A DNA stretch of 24,000 nt from Candidatus Heimdallarchaeota archaeon (GCA_023705985.1 BPTO01000003.1:12479-36478); one strand, 5' to 3'; positions 1 to 8,662 are shown, counted from the stretch's first letter. The notes: generated by a model not told the origin, from the letters alone. A program made the numbers and translations.

Positions 1-519
1 TAAAGAAGTCCAACCAAACAAACCAGTGCTATATACTAAATCACCGTTCTTTGCTCCTTTTCTAGATACTAAAGATTCTTTTTTGCTAAGTCCGAATGTA
101 ACAACATCAATAATAACATCACAGCTTTCATTCAAATCTCCACCGAGAAAAGACACGTTATACGTGGTGCATTGCTCTTTGACTCCTTCAAGTATTGCCA
201 TTGCTTCTTGAACACCCATGTTTGAGGGAAACCCAACACTTACTAGACATCCTAAAGGTTTTACTCCTTTTGCAACAATATCGCTTACAGACATAGTTAC
301 AGCTTTATTACCTATTTGTGCAGGTGACATACTAGGAAGAACATCTGTTTTCTTAACTAACATATCTACATTCAACACTAATATCTCTCCGGAAGGTAGA
401 AGGAAAGCAGAAGCATCATCATCAAAGCCTAAAATATCATCATCAATCAAACTTGCAATTTTAGCCAAAAAAACCCTCTCTCCTATGTCTTTTATTCTTT
501 TATTAAATTCAAAACTCAT
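1..519 (-). CDS. thiL: Thiamine-monophosphate kinase-like protein (PurM/AIR-synthase-related superfamily), N-terminal 173 codons; the rest of the gene lies beyond the left window edge
   Basis: Absent from the supplied ORF track because the frame runs off the window. Manual minus-strand translation from the ATG at 519-517 is open for 173 codons: MSFEFNKRIKDIGERVFLAKIASLIDDDILGFDDDASAFLLPSGEILVLNVDMLVKKTDVLPSMSPAQIGNKAVTMSVSDIVAKGVKPLGCLVSVGFPSNMGVQEAMAILEGVKEQCTTYNVSFLGGDLNESCDVIIDVVTFGLSKKESLVSRKGAKNGDLVYSTG... The DDA..., iG.KAv...SDi.A.G..P, GGD and GAk.GD.vy.tG pattern matches the ThiL/PurM-like N-domain. The + strand ORFs 26..211 and 218..595 are antisense shadows of this gene. Confidence 0.6.
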   Translation of the reverse strand, partial: MSFEFNKRIKDIGERVFLAKIASLIDDDILGFDDDASAFLLPSGEILVLNVDMLVKKTDVLPSMSPAQIGNKAVTMSVSDIVAKGVKPLGCLVSVGFPSNMGVQEAMAILEGVKEQCTTYNVSFLGGDLNESCDVIIDVVTFGLSKKESLVSRKGAKNGDLVYSTGLFGWTSL

Positions 520-638
520 TTTAACCCTCAAACAAATCTGTTTCCAAGCTATTTTTGATTACAATACTCTTCTAATATATGTTACCCTTTCATAGTTCTA
601 ATGAATCACCCAAGAAGTAAGAAGGGAAGAAAATTATG

Positions 639-1454
639 CTACCCACCAAACATTCCTAGTATGTAGAAAAAGAACACAAACAAGCCTATAGGCACGGTGG
701 CCGCTACGAAAGCATTTACCCATGCCATTTTTCCTGTGATTCTGAAACCAAAAGCTGTGTAAACTAACACAATTAACCATAAAGCTATCATTATGAATTT
801 ATAAGCTATGATTGCACCAGAGTTATTAAAGTCAATTAAGAAACTGAGTATTGCATTGAATGAAGTGGAAGTACCTAAACCGCCTGATGGACCCATCAAA
901 GTAAAAAAGATACCTAAAAACTCCCCTATAACAACAGGGGCAATAGAGTATCCTACGATAGTACGGAGCTGTTTGGTTGAAAGATCTGAACCTAACATCG
1001 CAGCGAATTTGGCCATAAACCAGGTACCCATAGAATAGAGAAGTTTATAGACCAACCATATTGTAAACGGTAGAAACAGGATACTTAATAGGAACATGAT
1101 AAAACCCAGTGAGATTTGGAACTTTCCAGGAGCACCTGGATCTATTATGAAAGCAAAATCAAATCCTGTTTTCACGACTAGCAGAACATAAAAACGTAAT
1201 GACAGGAAGAGTGAGAATATGAGAATAAGTAAGTTTCCTCCTTTTGTTTCTGTTGCTACTCCCATCTCTGCTATTGTAGGAAAAGGATGACGGAAGAAGT
1301 TATAAACACGGATAAAAACCTCTTTTATCGAAGGTTTGTAGGCGAATTTCTTCATTTCATACTCTAACAAACCAAAACCACAAAATGGGCAGACAGAATA
1401 TTCCAAAGGGACACTTTCAGAACAGCTGGGGCATTTTTGTGTGTTCTCACTCAT
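639..1454 (-). CDS. Polytopic membrane protein with an N-terminal zinc ribbon and a Yip1-domain-like membrane core
   Basis: 271-aa ORF with an ATG start. CPSC...x13...CPFC forms a 4-Cys ribbon at the N-terminus, followed by about 5 hydrophobic helices. The segment DLSTKQLRTIVGYSIAPVVIGEFLGIF resembles the conserved Yip1/DUF1282 region. This is pattern recognition only. Confidence 0.45.
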   Translation of the reverse strand: MSENTQKCPSCSESVPLEYSVCPFCGFGLLEYEMKKFAYKPSIKEVFIRVYNFFRHPFPTIAEMGVATETKGGNLLILIFSLFLSLRFYVLLVVKTGFDFAFIIDPGAPGKFQISLGFIMFLLSILFLPFTIWLVYKLLYSMGTWFMAKFAAMLGSDLSTKQLRTIVGYSIAPVVIGEFLGIFFTLMGPSGGLGTSTSFNAILSFLIDFNNSGAIIAYKFIMIALWLIVLVYTAFGFRITGKMAWVNAFVAATVPIGLFVFFFYILGMFGG

Positions 1455-1550
1455 ATTTATTCAATTCCTATTACCAATTTGTAATTAATAATTGTTGTGG
1501 CTAGGAAACTAAAAGGAAAATGTCTACAAGAAACAAGAAGTTCCATGTTT

Positions 1551-2273
1551 CTATTTAAGTTTCTGGAATTTCTTCACCAAAATGGTAAGTACTGGAAGTG
1601 TTATTAGTATTAACTGAAAAGCTAAATGAGCTTCAACAGAAATAAGTTCAACCTCGAAAGTTGTTTCAGAGAGAACAAGGCTAAGAGAATAATTTCCAAA
1701 AGAAGTAGTCCCATTTAAAAACAAACCAGTTTCTGTATCATAATATAAATCTGAATATTGACCATAATAATTCTGAACATGGAAAATTTTTGCGTTAAAT
1801 GTATGTTGTTTACCATTTATAACTAGACTCAAATCATTTTTATTCTCAATGGTAGTATTGGTTGAAACAACAGAGTTCTCTATTGATTCCCAATCGGAAA
1901 AATTTGCAAAGAAACCACCACTCCATGGATAAATACTGATAATTAAAGCACTTGCGAGATCAACATCTCTGACATTTTCAAAAGTATAATTTCCAAGCTG
2001 AATATTACCCACATAATCTGTATCAATGTCACCTAAGATTGTGTAAGAAATATTATCACCTACCGAAACAGACCAATCACCAAAATAAGTTCCTGGAGGC
2101 CAACTACCCCAAAAAGCATTGTTTGTTTCGCTTGATGCAACAATGTTATAAGTTACTGTGTCACCTATATTAATATCAAAAACGAAATAAGCTCTTGCGA
2201 TCAAGGAAGAACTCGAAATCAATAGAACAAAGAGTATAGCTATTTTACAAGGAATATTGATAGATTTAAACAT
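1551..2273 (-). CDS. Secreted, C-terminally membrane-anchored surface protein (probable glycoprotein), function unknown
   Basis: 240-aa ORF. N-terminal signal-like segment MFKSINIPCKIAILFVLLISSSSLIARA. Six N-x-S/T sequons. C-terminal hydrophobic helix plus basic tail (LAFQLILITLPVLTILVKKFQKLK). I recognise no catalytic motif. Confidence 0.55.
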   Translation of the reverse strand: MFKSINIPCKIAILFVLLISSSSLIARAYFVFDINIGDTVTYNIVASSETNNAFWGSWPPGTYFGDWSVSVGDNISYTILGDIDTDYVGNIQLGNYTFENVRDVDLASALIISIYPWSGGFFANFSDWESIENSVVSTNTTIENKNDLSLVINGKQHTFNAKIFHVQNYYGQYSDLYYDTETGLFLNGTTSFGNYSLSLVLSETTFEVELISVEAHLAFQLILITLPVLTILVKKFQKLK

Positions 2274-2330
2274 GTTAATTCCACCTTTCAGTTTTAAGAT
2301 ATTGTTGAAACCTGACTTTTGGGTTTAGTT

Positions 2331-2408
2331 TGGCGGGCGAGGCAGGACTCGAACCTGCGACCTCCAGATCCGAAGTCTGGTGCCTTATCCGAGCTAGACT
2401 ACTCGCCC
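2331..2408 (-). tRNA. tRNA-Arg (anticodon UCG), 3' CCA encoded in the DNA
   Basis: The reverse complement reads GGGCGAG-TA-GTCT-AGCTCGGATA-AGGC-A-CCAGA-CTTCGGA-TCTGG-AGGTC-GCAGG-TTCGAGT-CCTGC-CTCGCCC-G-CCA. It has a perfect 7-bp acceptor stem, 4-bp D stem, 5-bp anticodon and T stems, a TTCGAGT T-loop, U33, anticodon TCG at 34-36 and G37. It is a GC-rich island in AT-rich DNA. The track ORF 2275..2493 overlapping it is spurious. Confidence 0.92.
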
Positions 2409-2510
2409 ACTTCCTATTTGTCAATTTTATATCATTATTTTTATCTTTTCTGATGAATGAATATAACGTAAATAAAAATAGTTTATGAATCAAGCGTGTA
2501 TTATGTTAAC

Positions 2511-3731
2511 TTACCGAGGTAAACCGTTATCAATCCAACTGTTTATCAGACGCTCAAATTCACTCTTCTTCTTTATTGATTGTGTCTGATAAGAATATAT
2601 CTGAGCCATCGCCAAACCGCCTAATTCAATGTAAGCTTCATCCATATCGCAAATAGCAGATACTCTAGCTTTGAAATTCTCGTTTGAATCAGCTTGGGCA
2701 ACATAAGAAATAAAGAGTTTGAGAATTTTTTCAACCTTTGGGGATACTGCGCTTTCTTCTTCAACAGGTTTGATTCCAATGTCTACTTTCTTAGGGGGTT
2801 CCTTTTTCTTTAACTCGGGTTCTGGGTCGGGTTTGGATTCAGGTTCGGGGTCGGGTGTAGGAGCTTTAGGTATTTCTTCAGGTTCGGCAAATAGGTTTTC
2901 TTTAATTGTAGGTTGTGAGGATGGTGTGGAAACCTTATCTGGTTGAACGGTAGGAGATGTAGAAGGAGTTGAAATCTCAGTTTTGGAAGGGGGTGATGGT
3001 GGTTTTGAAGGTTGTACAAATCTTATTTGGTCTGGAGATATTGTTTCCTCTTTCTTTGCATCTGTACTTGGTGGTTCTTTAGTTTTCACCACCCTTGTTT
3101 TTTGAGCAGAAACTAAAAATTCACCTGGTATATCGAATACTAAATTCTTTGGTAACTCTTTACCTTTTGATATTATTTCTAGACCTTTTTCAATTTCATA
3201 ACTTAAAGTTTGGAGTGGTTCATATTTTAGACCAAATTCTTTAACTTTTTCTTTCATTGTTTGACAAGCAGCTGTCATTAGCCCGATTTGCTTCTTATAA
3301 TCTTGTACTTCAGTTTTCAGGCTCTTCTCATCAGAATACTCATTCTCTAAAACACCGACAGAATCCAAAAGAGCACTCATTTGCATTTTAAGTTCTTCAC
3401 GTTCTCCATCATACAAATCTTGTTGTAGTTTACTGTCTTCAATTGCCTTATCTAACTGTATTTTTTCCTCTTGGAGCTTATCTTTTTCTTCTTGAAGTTC
3501 TTCAACTATTTTGGAAAGATGATCCAATTCCGAAGTTAATTCTTGCACTTTCTCATCAGATTGAACTTGAGATATTTTTTCTTGTAGTTTTTCAAATAAC
3601 TTAATTCTTCGCATCGCTAGTTGAGGTGAAATATTCTCTTTCTTCATGAAGCTTAATATGTATTCCAAATCCATGAGTTGGATATTGTATTCAGCAAACA
3701 ATTCTTCCAAGGTAGTTATTGGTTCAGCCAT
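2511..3731 (-). CDS. Coiled-coil protein with a long Pro/Ser/Thr-rich linker and a small C-terminal helical domain, function unknown
   Basis: The ORF is 407 aa in the track. The first codon there is GTG at 3734 and the adjacent ATG at 3731 is the likelier start. Residues ~45-170 are heptad-like and E/K/L/Q-rich. Residues ~220-335 are P/S/T/E/K-rich and include a tandem PDPEPESK/PDPEPELK. The last ~75 aa look globular (KILKLFISYVAQADSNENFKARVSAICDMDEAYIELGGLAMAQIYSY...). Confidence 0.6.
   Translation of the reverse strand: MAEPITTLEELFAEYNIQLMDLEYILSFMKKENISPQLAMRRIKLFEKLQEKISQVQSDEKVQELTSELDHLSKIVEELQEEKDKLQEEKIQLDKAIEDSKLQQDLYDGEREELKMQMSALLDSVGVLENEYSDEKSLKTEVQDYKKQIGLMTAACQTMKEKVKEFGLKYEPLQTLSYEIEKGLEIISKGKELPKNLVFDIPGEFLVSAQKTRVVKTKEPPSTDAKKEETISPDQIRFVQPSKPPSPPSKTEISTPSTSPTVQPDKVSTPSSQPTIKENLFAEPEEIPKAPTPDPEPESKPDPEPELKKKEPPKKVDIGIKPVEEESAVSPKVEKILKLFISYVAQADSNENFKARVSAICDMDEAYIELGGLAMAQIYSYQTQSIKKKSEFERLINSWIDNGLPR
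2818..2856. repeat. Imperfect 15-nt direct repeat with 24-nt period inside the coiled-coil gene
   Basis: ggttctgggtcgggt at 2818-2832 and ggttcggggtcgggt at 2842-2856 differ at one position. On the minus strand these encode the PDPEPE(S/L)K duplication. Confidence 0.7.
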
Positions 3732-3897
3732 CACACTCTATCCATCTATTGTAGACTAAATTAATAAAGTTTAGTTTATTATTTAGTTTAGTTTCGTATC
3801 AATGTTTGACTGATAAACATACAAATCACTAAGAAAGGATTTTTCAATTAGGAAATGTTTTTTTATTCGCGTATACCTTTCTATAAAGGAGACGAAA

Positions 3898-4923
3898 ATG
3901 GTAGAACTGAGAGGATTAATGGTAAACAGGTTAATCGTATTGATACAAATTTTTGCTTTTCCTGCTTATTTTTATGTGTGGTTTCTATTGGGACCGATGA
4001 AGGACTTGACACTTGACAAGTTCTTCTTTTGGACGGAAATAAATCCACTTTCAGGTACAGGTGAATTAGTTATTTTAAAAGTACTTTCGCCTCTCATTTT
4101 TGCTCTCCCGTTCACACTTTTCTCGATTGTTAAAGCTAACAGAATATCTGACACTTATGAATTAATGTGGCGAAGTTTAGGGAAAGTTAGAATTGATACT
4201 CGTCTTTTTTACTTTGTTAATGCTATATTCTGCTTGTTTTTCTTTATTTTACCATTTGGAGGACCCATATTAGCTGTTTTCGGAGCATTCTTCGCAGTAA
4301 AATTGCTTTTATACGCTTTTGGTATTAAGAAACATGTTCCGGCAATTCTTATTGTTATTCCAGGATTATTTTTAGCTGCAATCCCGTTAATGGTTACAAT
4401 TGCGTTTTACAGCGAATATCAGTTAGTGATGGTGCCAATTCTTAGCAAGTGGTCAGATATTGCACCTATTTTCTATGGTGCTGTTTTATGTTTGGCTTGT
4501 GCTATAGCTATTGGAAACTTTTTCATCTTTCTTCGCGAAGGAGCATCACAAGTATCTTATACTAAACCAGTTCAACCACGAATAGCTCTATTCATTAAAG
4601 GGGGTCTACTTGGTGGAATTGTTCTTCTTTATGGTCTGGTATCTAAATGGGATCCAGCGCACACATCAATGTATATAATAAATATAGTTGCAGTAGTTTT
4701 AGGGGTCTTAGAAACGGTAATAAGGTGGAGAAAGAAATTCTCAAAAGCGAATAGTAATAATGGAGGATCATTTATGGTTGCCATCTTTATCGCAGTAAAT
4801 TTCGTTGCTCGTTTCTGGGCAGGAGCTATTTCAATTATTATTGGTCTTTCAGGATTCCTTTTCTTTGCTCTCTTCCTATACGCGTATAAATCTGCTACCG
4901 ACGAAACACTATTTGACAGATGA
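3898..4923 (+). CDS. Polytopic integral membrane protein (about 9-10 helices), function unknown
   Basis: 341-aa ORF. The ATG is preceded by AGGAG 7 nt upstream (ataaAGGAGacgaaaATG). The sequence is hydrophobic throughout with short basic loops. I recognise no family motif, and it is not glycine-rich like an ATPase c subunit. Confidence 0.6.
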   Translation: MVELRGLMVNRLIVLIQIFAFPAYFYVWFLLGPMKDLTLDKFFFWTEINPLSGTGELVILKVLSPLIFALPFTLFSIVKANRISDTYELMWRSLGKVRIDTRLFYFVNAIFCLFFFILPFGGPILAVFGAFFAVKLLLYAFGIKKHVPAILIVIPGLFLAAIPLMVTIAFYSEYQLVMVPILSKWSDIAPIFYGAVLCLACAIAIGNFFIFLREGASQVSYTKPVQPRIALFIKGGLLGGIVLLYGLVSKWDPAHTSMYIINIVAVVLGVLETVIRWRKKFSKANSNNGGSFMVAIFIAVNFVARFWAGAISIIIGLSGFLFFALFLYAYKSATDETLFDR

Positions 4924-5071
4924 AATTTTGTTTCCCTATCCTATCCTATACATTATTTAAAATAATGGCAAAATAGCTGAATTTTCCTGCTAAAAAAAAT
5001 CAAAACCACAATTCTTATAAGATGTGTGTTGAACTCCAAAACAACATCTCTGACTAATAGGAGTATTTAGA

Positions 5072-5704
5072 ATGAGTGATGAATATTTTAACCCAGAAAT
5101 AACTGAAAAAATCAAAGCAAAAACAGAAATCCAGATAAAACAAATTGAGAAAGAACAAAAAACAGCTATAGAGAGTATAACATCAGAAAATGAGAAGAAG
5201 ATAAAAAAATTGAGCGAGAGTATAATTAAAGACGCTTCTGAAAACGCTGAATCAGAATTTCAAAAAGAGAAAGCAAAACAAAAATTAGAAATTAGACTAA
5301 AAAAAACGAAATTTCATGACAAGCTAGTTGAAGATCTTATTGAAGAATCTCTGAAAAAAATAGAAACCTTAACCAAGACTGAGAAATACTCCAAAAGTTT
5401 AGAGAAACTGATTTTTGATGCAGCTAGTACCCTAGAAGAGACAGAATTAATAATTTACTATCGTAAAGAAGATCAAAAACTTTTAACAAAAGATTTCTTG
5501 GCTGGGATTTCTAAAAAGCTTAAAAAAGATGCAAATATTGATACAAAATTTAGCTTAGCTGATAAGTTTATAAGTTGCAGAGGTGGTGTCATTTTGCAGA
5601 TTTTAGATGGTAAAATAAGAATCGACAACACCTATGAAAGAAGACTGGAAAGGTATGATGCAGATATTAAAAGAGAACTCTCATTGATGTTAATAAAAGA
5701 ATAA
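5072..5704 (+). CDS. atpE: A/V-type ATP synthase subunit E homolog
   Basis: 210-aa ORF with AGGAG 8 nt upstream of the ATG. It has a long charged N-terminal helix, and the C-terminus GGVILQILDGKIRIDNTYERRLERYDADIKRELSLML closely matches the conserved archaeal subunit-E end (GGV..e..dG.IRIDNTFE.R.ER....IR......LF, from memory). Confidence 0.75.
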   Translation: MSDEYFNPEITEKIKAKTEIQIKQIEKEQKTAIESITSENEKKIKKLSESIIKDASENAESEFQKEKAKQKLEIRLKKTKFHDKLVEDLIEESLKKIETLTKTEKYSKSLEKLIFDAASTLEETELIIYYRKEDQKLLTKDFLAGISKKLKKDANIDTKFSLADKFISCRGGVILQILDGKIRIDNTYERRLERYDADIKRELSLMLIKE

Positions 5705-5709
5705 AGCTG

Positions 5710-6309
5710 ATGTTTATGAATACAATAAGCAATAGGAAATCTATTTCGCTAGTTATGTTTTTAGTTATAGTGGTTACAAGCGTTGCGTATAATGTTAATG
5801 CTCTTCAAGATGAGTTGATAATTGTAATGGATGGCTCTATCTCTGAGACAGTTATCACACGAGGTTCTGTAGTGAATTTTTATGGTACAGTAACAAATTT
5901 AGGGAACGATTCTGTTGAAATTTTATCACTTAATGCAGATTTTATTCACTATGAAAATATCACCCAATACGATATAACTTACACAGTAGGACTAGATCTT
6001 GATCATAGAACAATTGGTCCAAAAGAGACATATACTGCAACATTGCAAGCAGAAATAACCAACTATGAAGCAATATACAATGTTTCAATATATTTTATCA
6101 TTGGGAATCCTTACAATTCTACAGTAGGACCGGTTGCAAGAGACTTTTATTTGATTAATGATCTTGAGGTTAGAGTTCTTGCTAAAACCAGTTCATCAGG
6201 TGCAGTTCTTTTAATAGGTACCATTTTCGCGATAGGTATAGGTATAGTCGCACTTTATCTAATCTATGGGTGGCTTAAAGAAAGAAGGGCTACAAAGAAA
6301 TACGCTTAA
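5710..6309 (+). CDS. Secreted beta-sandwich (CARDB-like) protein with a C-terminal membrane anchor
   Basis: 199-aa ORF that starts 5 nt after the atpE-like stop. Signal-like segment SISLVMFLVIVVTSVAYNVNA. ITRGSVVNFYGTVTNLGNDSVEI resembles the first strands of CARDB/DUF11-type domains. Four N-x-S/T sequons. C-terminal helix plus basic tail (AVLLIGTIFAIGIGIVALYLIYGWLKERRATKKYA). Confidence 0.55.
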   Translation: MFMNTISNRKSISLVMFLVIVVTSVAYNVNALQDELIIVMDGSISETVITRGSVVNFYGTVTNLGNDSVEILSLNADFIHYENITQYDITYTVGLDLDHRTIGPKETYTATLQAEITNYEAIYNVSIYFIIGNPYNSTVGPVARDFYLINDLEVRVLAKTSSSGAVLLIGTIFAIGIGIVALYLIYGWLKERRATKKYA

Positions 6310-6336
6310 AAGTATTCTTTTTTTCTTTCTATCCTT

Positions 6337-7137
6337 CTAAATTGTTTTTGTGTATTTTCTTGCAAATATTAGAAAACCAGTGTGACCAATCATCCATGTT
6401 TTCGGACGTATCGCATTCTTCTTAAGTTGTATTTCTCTTTTTATTAGTTCTATTGCTGTTATATCACCAAAATTGAGCTGTTTAAGTTGCTCGAAAATCT
6501 TTTCAACTTGATTATAGGTTGGGAGAAATATAGACACTAAGCCACTAGGACGTAAAACATCATAAGCGTGATGTATCACTTCTATAGGATTACCCAAATC
6601 TAGAACCACTGCATCAACATTTTCCTCATTAAACCCTAAACTTGCATCTTTATGCTTTAATGTAACATAAGGCGTAAGATTAAGTTTCTCAATGTTTTTT
6701 GTTGCTGTTTTAAAGGCGTCTTCTCTTATTTCATAACTATAAACATGTCCTTCAGGTTTGACGTAAGTTGCTAAAATAGAAGTTAGTGCTCCACTACCCG
6801 TACCAGTTTCTACTACCTTGGAACCAGAAGAAATACCACCGTTCAATAATATTGCGCCAATATCTTTAGAGTAAAGTATTTGTGAACTGTGGGAGATATT
6901 TTTCAAATAGTCGCTTGGAAGAGGGTCGTAGATTGTTAAAGGGGTGGATTTATTGGTAAGGAGTCTTATGCCATAAGGTTTCCCAATTATTTCTTCATAG
7001 TCAAAATATCCCTTGTGACAATGGAATTGTTTTCCGCTTTTCACCTTGACGATCCAACGTTTTTTGTCATCTAACACAACGAGAACATTAGAACCTTCTT
7101 TAATTAAGTCATTGGAGTTTATCTCAATATCGGGCAT
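6337..7137 (-). CDS. trmI: tRNA (adenine-N1)-methyltransferase, TrmI/Gcd14 family (m1A57/58)
   Basis: The small N-terminal beta domain (IKEGSNVLVVLDDKKRWIVKVKSGKQFHCHKGYFDYEEIIGKPYG) is followed by a class-I SAM fold with VVETGTGSGALTSILA and DAVVLDLGNP motifs. The track ORF starts at a TTG at 7149. The ATG at 7137 (MPDIEINS...) is the likelier start. Confidence 0.8.
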   Translation of the reverse strand: MPDIEINSNDLIKEGSNVLVVLDDKKRWIVKVKSGKQFHCHKGYFDYEEIIGKPYGIRLLTNKSTPLTIYDPLPSDYLKNISHSSQILYSKDIGAILLNGGISSGSKVVETGTGSGALTSILATYVKPEGHVYSYEIREDAFKTATKNIEKLNLTPYVTLKHKDASLGFNEENVDAVVLDLGNPIEVIHHAYDVLRPSGLVSIFLPTYNQVEKIFEQLKQLNFGDITAIELIKREIQLKKNAIRPKTWMIGHTGFLIFARKYTKTI

Positions 7138-7448
7138 GGTTTTCAGCAAATATAATAAAATGAAGGGATTTATATCTTATTTTGTTTGTGACACACGTTA
7201 TTGTAAGAACATGTAAGATAAACTGGAATACTCACAAAACGAAGTGCCTATGAAAAAGAAAAAAGATCAGTATAATCACAATAATAAGTTTCAGAAAAAT
7301 CAGATTGTTACCCCAGAATAAATCAATACGCAGATATTTGCTTTTAAATCGTAGACATTACTCCATTTTTTCTTATCTTTTTGGGAATAGAGAAAGTAAA
7401 GACATATATTAAAACAAGTTATGATAGAGCTTCAACACTGGTGAAAAT

Positions 7449-7700
7449 ATGACAGATAAGAAAACAGAATTCAATGTAACAAAGAAGATGTTAGCTTATG
7501 GACTAGTTGCACCAATTATATTCAGCATCATAGGTATGTTAATAGCATTTTTTGCCACAAAAGAATCACCAACTCAAATAAAAGCAATTGCAATAATCGC
7601 AGGAACATGCGCAGGATTATTTCTATCCATTACAGGACTATTCATCATCCAGAAAATAATAAATAAAAAGATTGGAAAAAAGAAAAAATATAACACATAA
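7449..7700 (+). CDS. Small two-helix membrane protein, function unknown
   Basis: 83-aa ORF with GGTGA 4 nt upstream of the ATG. It has two clear hydrophobic helices and a lysine-rich C-terminus. There is no homology basis. Confidence 0.45.
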   Translation: MTDKKTEFNVTKKMLAYGLVAPIIFSIIGMLIAFFATKESPTQIKAIAIIAGTCAGLFLSITGLFIIQKIINKKIGKKKKYNT

Positions 7701-7760
7701 ATAAACAAATAGTACTTCCTTTATTAGTTAAACTTTTTAAGAATTAAAAATCTGATATTT

Positions 7761-8516
7761 ATGGAATATATCCTTCCTTTCACGAAGAATGATGTTTTGA
7801 ATGTTTTTAGAAAAACAAAAGCACTCCTAATTGATTTTGATGGCACGCTTGTTGATTATAAAAAAGCTGCAGATAAAGCACTTGAACGATTATTTCAAAT
7901 GCATAAATTACCTAATGAGGTACTGAAGGCAGGAAAAAAAGATTACGAAAAAATAAACACTAGCCTTTGGAGAGAGTTTGAGAAAAAAACGTTAACATTA
8001 GAAGAAGTTAGGATTCTGAGATTTGAGAAAATGAAGGAAATATATGCCCTTGAAGATAGTCCTAAAGAAGTAGATGAAGAATACCTTAGTTATCTGATAG
8101 AAAATACTACACTCGATCCGAAGTCACTAAGTTTGTTGAAAAAAGCAAAAAATAGAGGAATTGAACTTTTTATAGTGTCTAATGGCATTCATTATGTTCA
8201 AGAACAACGAATCAAAAAAACGGATTTATTAGAAGTAGTAGATGGATATGTAACAAGTGAACAAGTGGGAAAATCAAAACCTCACAAACAAATCTTTATT
8301 CACGCACTAGACAAATTACAAGTAACAAAAGAACAAGCCTTCATGATTGGAGATTCATATGAGGCAGACATCGTGGGATCTTATAATGTAGGAATAAAAT
8401 CATGTCTAATTAAGAAAAGTAGAGAAATGCCAAGATGGATTGAAGATAAAAAGCCAATAATAGTATCAAATAATTTTAATGAGTTCATGTATTTTTACTT
8501 AAAAATGCAAGAATAA
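7761..8516 (+). CDS. HAD-superfamily hydrolase (subfamily IA-like phosphatase)
   Basis: Motif I is LIDFDGTLVD. There is a helical cap insertion. Motif II is IVSNG. Motifs III/IV are K..(x)..MIGDSYEADIVG. Confidence 0.75.
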   Translation: MEYILPFTKNDVLNVFRKTKALLIDFDGTLVDYKKAADKALERLFQMHKLPNEVLKAGKKDYEKINTSLWREFEKKTLTLEEVRILRFEKMKEIYALEDSPKEVDEEYLSYLIENTTLDPKSLSLLKKAKNRGIELFIVSNGIHYVQEQRIKKTDLLEVVDGYVTSEQVGKSKPHKQIFIHALDKLQVTKEQAFMIGDSYEADIVGSYNVGIKSCLIKKSREMPRWIEDKKPIIVSNNFNEFMYFYLKMQE

Positions 8517-8662
8517 AGCAACAATGTGTTTTTCAGTCTATGCAGATCAAATCTAAAAAACACTAAAAATGTAATGTCAAATCAGAAATTTTAAAAGACT
8601 CATGTTTAAGTTGGTCATGGTACAGTAAATTGTACGATTAGAAGTTAATTTGAGGTTTTTGT

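Noticed and set aside
26-595. The + strand ORFs 26..211 and 218..595 from the track.
   Set aside because: They lie antisense to an uninterrupted 173-codon minus-strand frame with clear ThiL/PurM-like motifs. Their own translations are low-complexity S/T/L/I-rich with no motifs.
2275-2493. A 72-aa minus-strand ORF.
   Set aside because: It reads straight through the tRNA-Arg gene (2331-2408). The only non-AT-rich part of its translation is the tRNA itself.
2448-2510. A possible C/D-box sRNA, because of ctgatgaatga (C-box-like TGATGA) upstream of the tRNA gene.
   Set aside because: No matching D box (CTGA) or C'/D' pair occurs at a suitable distance on that strand, and there is no terminal stem. 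It more likely lies within the tRNA promoter region.
3770-3790. TTTAGTTTA repeated at a 12-nt period (3770-3778 and 3782-3790) in the divergent spacer between the coiled-coil gene and the membrane protein gene.
   Set aside because: The motif is a pure A/T-rich short motif inside an A/T-rich promoter region. It is plausibly just overlapping TATA/BRE-like sequence for the two divergent genes. It is not distinctive enough to call a regulatory site.
3898-4923. The idea that the 341-aa membrane protein upstream of the atpE-like gene is a fused or multiplied ATPase c (K) subunit or a short subunit I.
   Set aside because: It lacks the glycine-rich helix packing motif and the conserved ion-binding Glu/Asp hairpin pattern of c subunits. 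It is about half the length of subunit I. A 148-bp spacer separates it from the atpE-like gene.
7250-7321. A 23-codon mini-ORF (MKKKKDQYNHNNKFQKNQIVTPE) in the 299-bp spacer between trmI and the small membrane protein gene.
   Set aside because: It has no ribosome-binding site, its composition is lysine/asparagine low-complexity as expected from A-rich DNA, and nothing supports translation.
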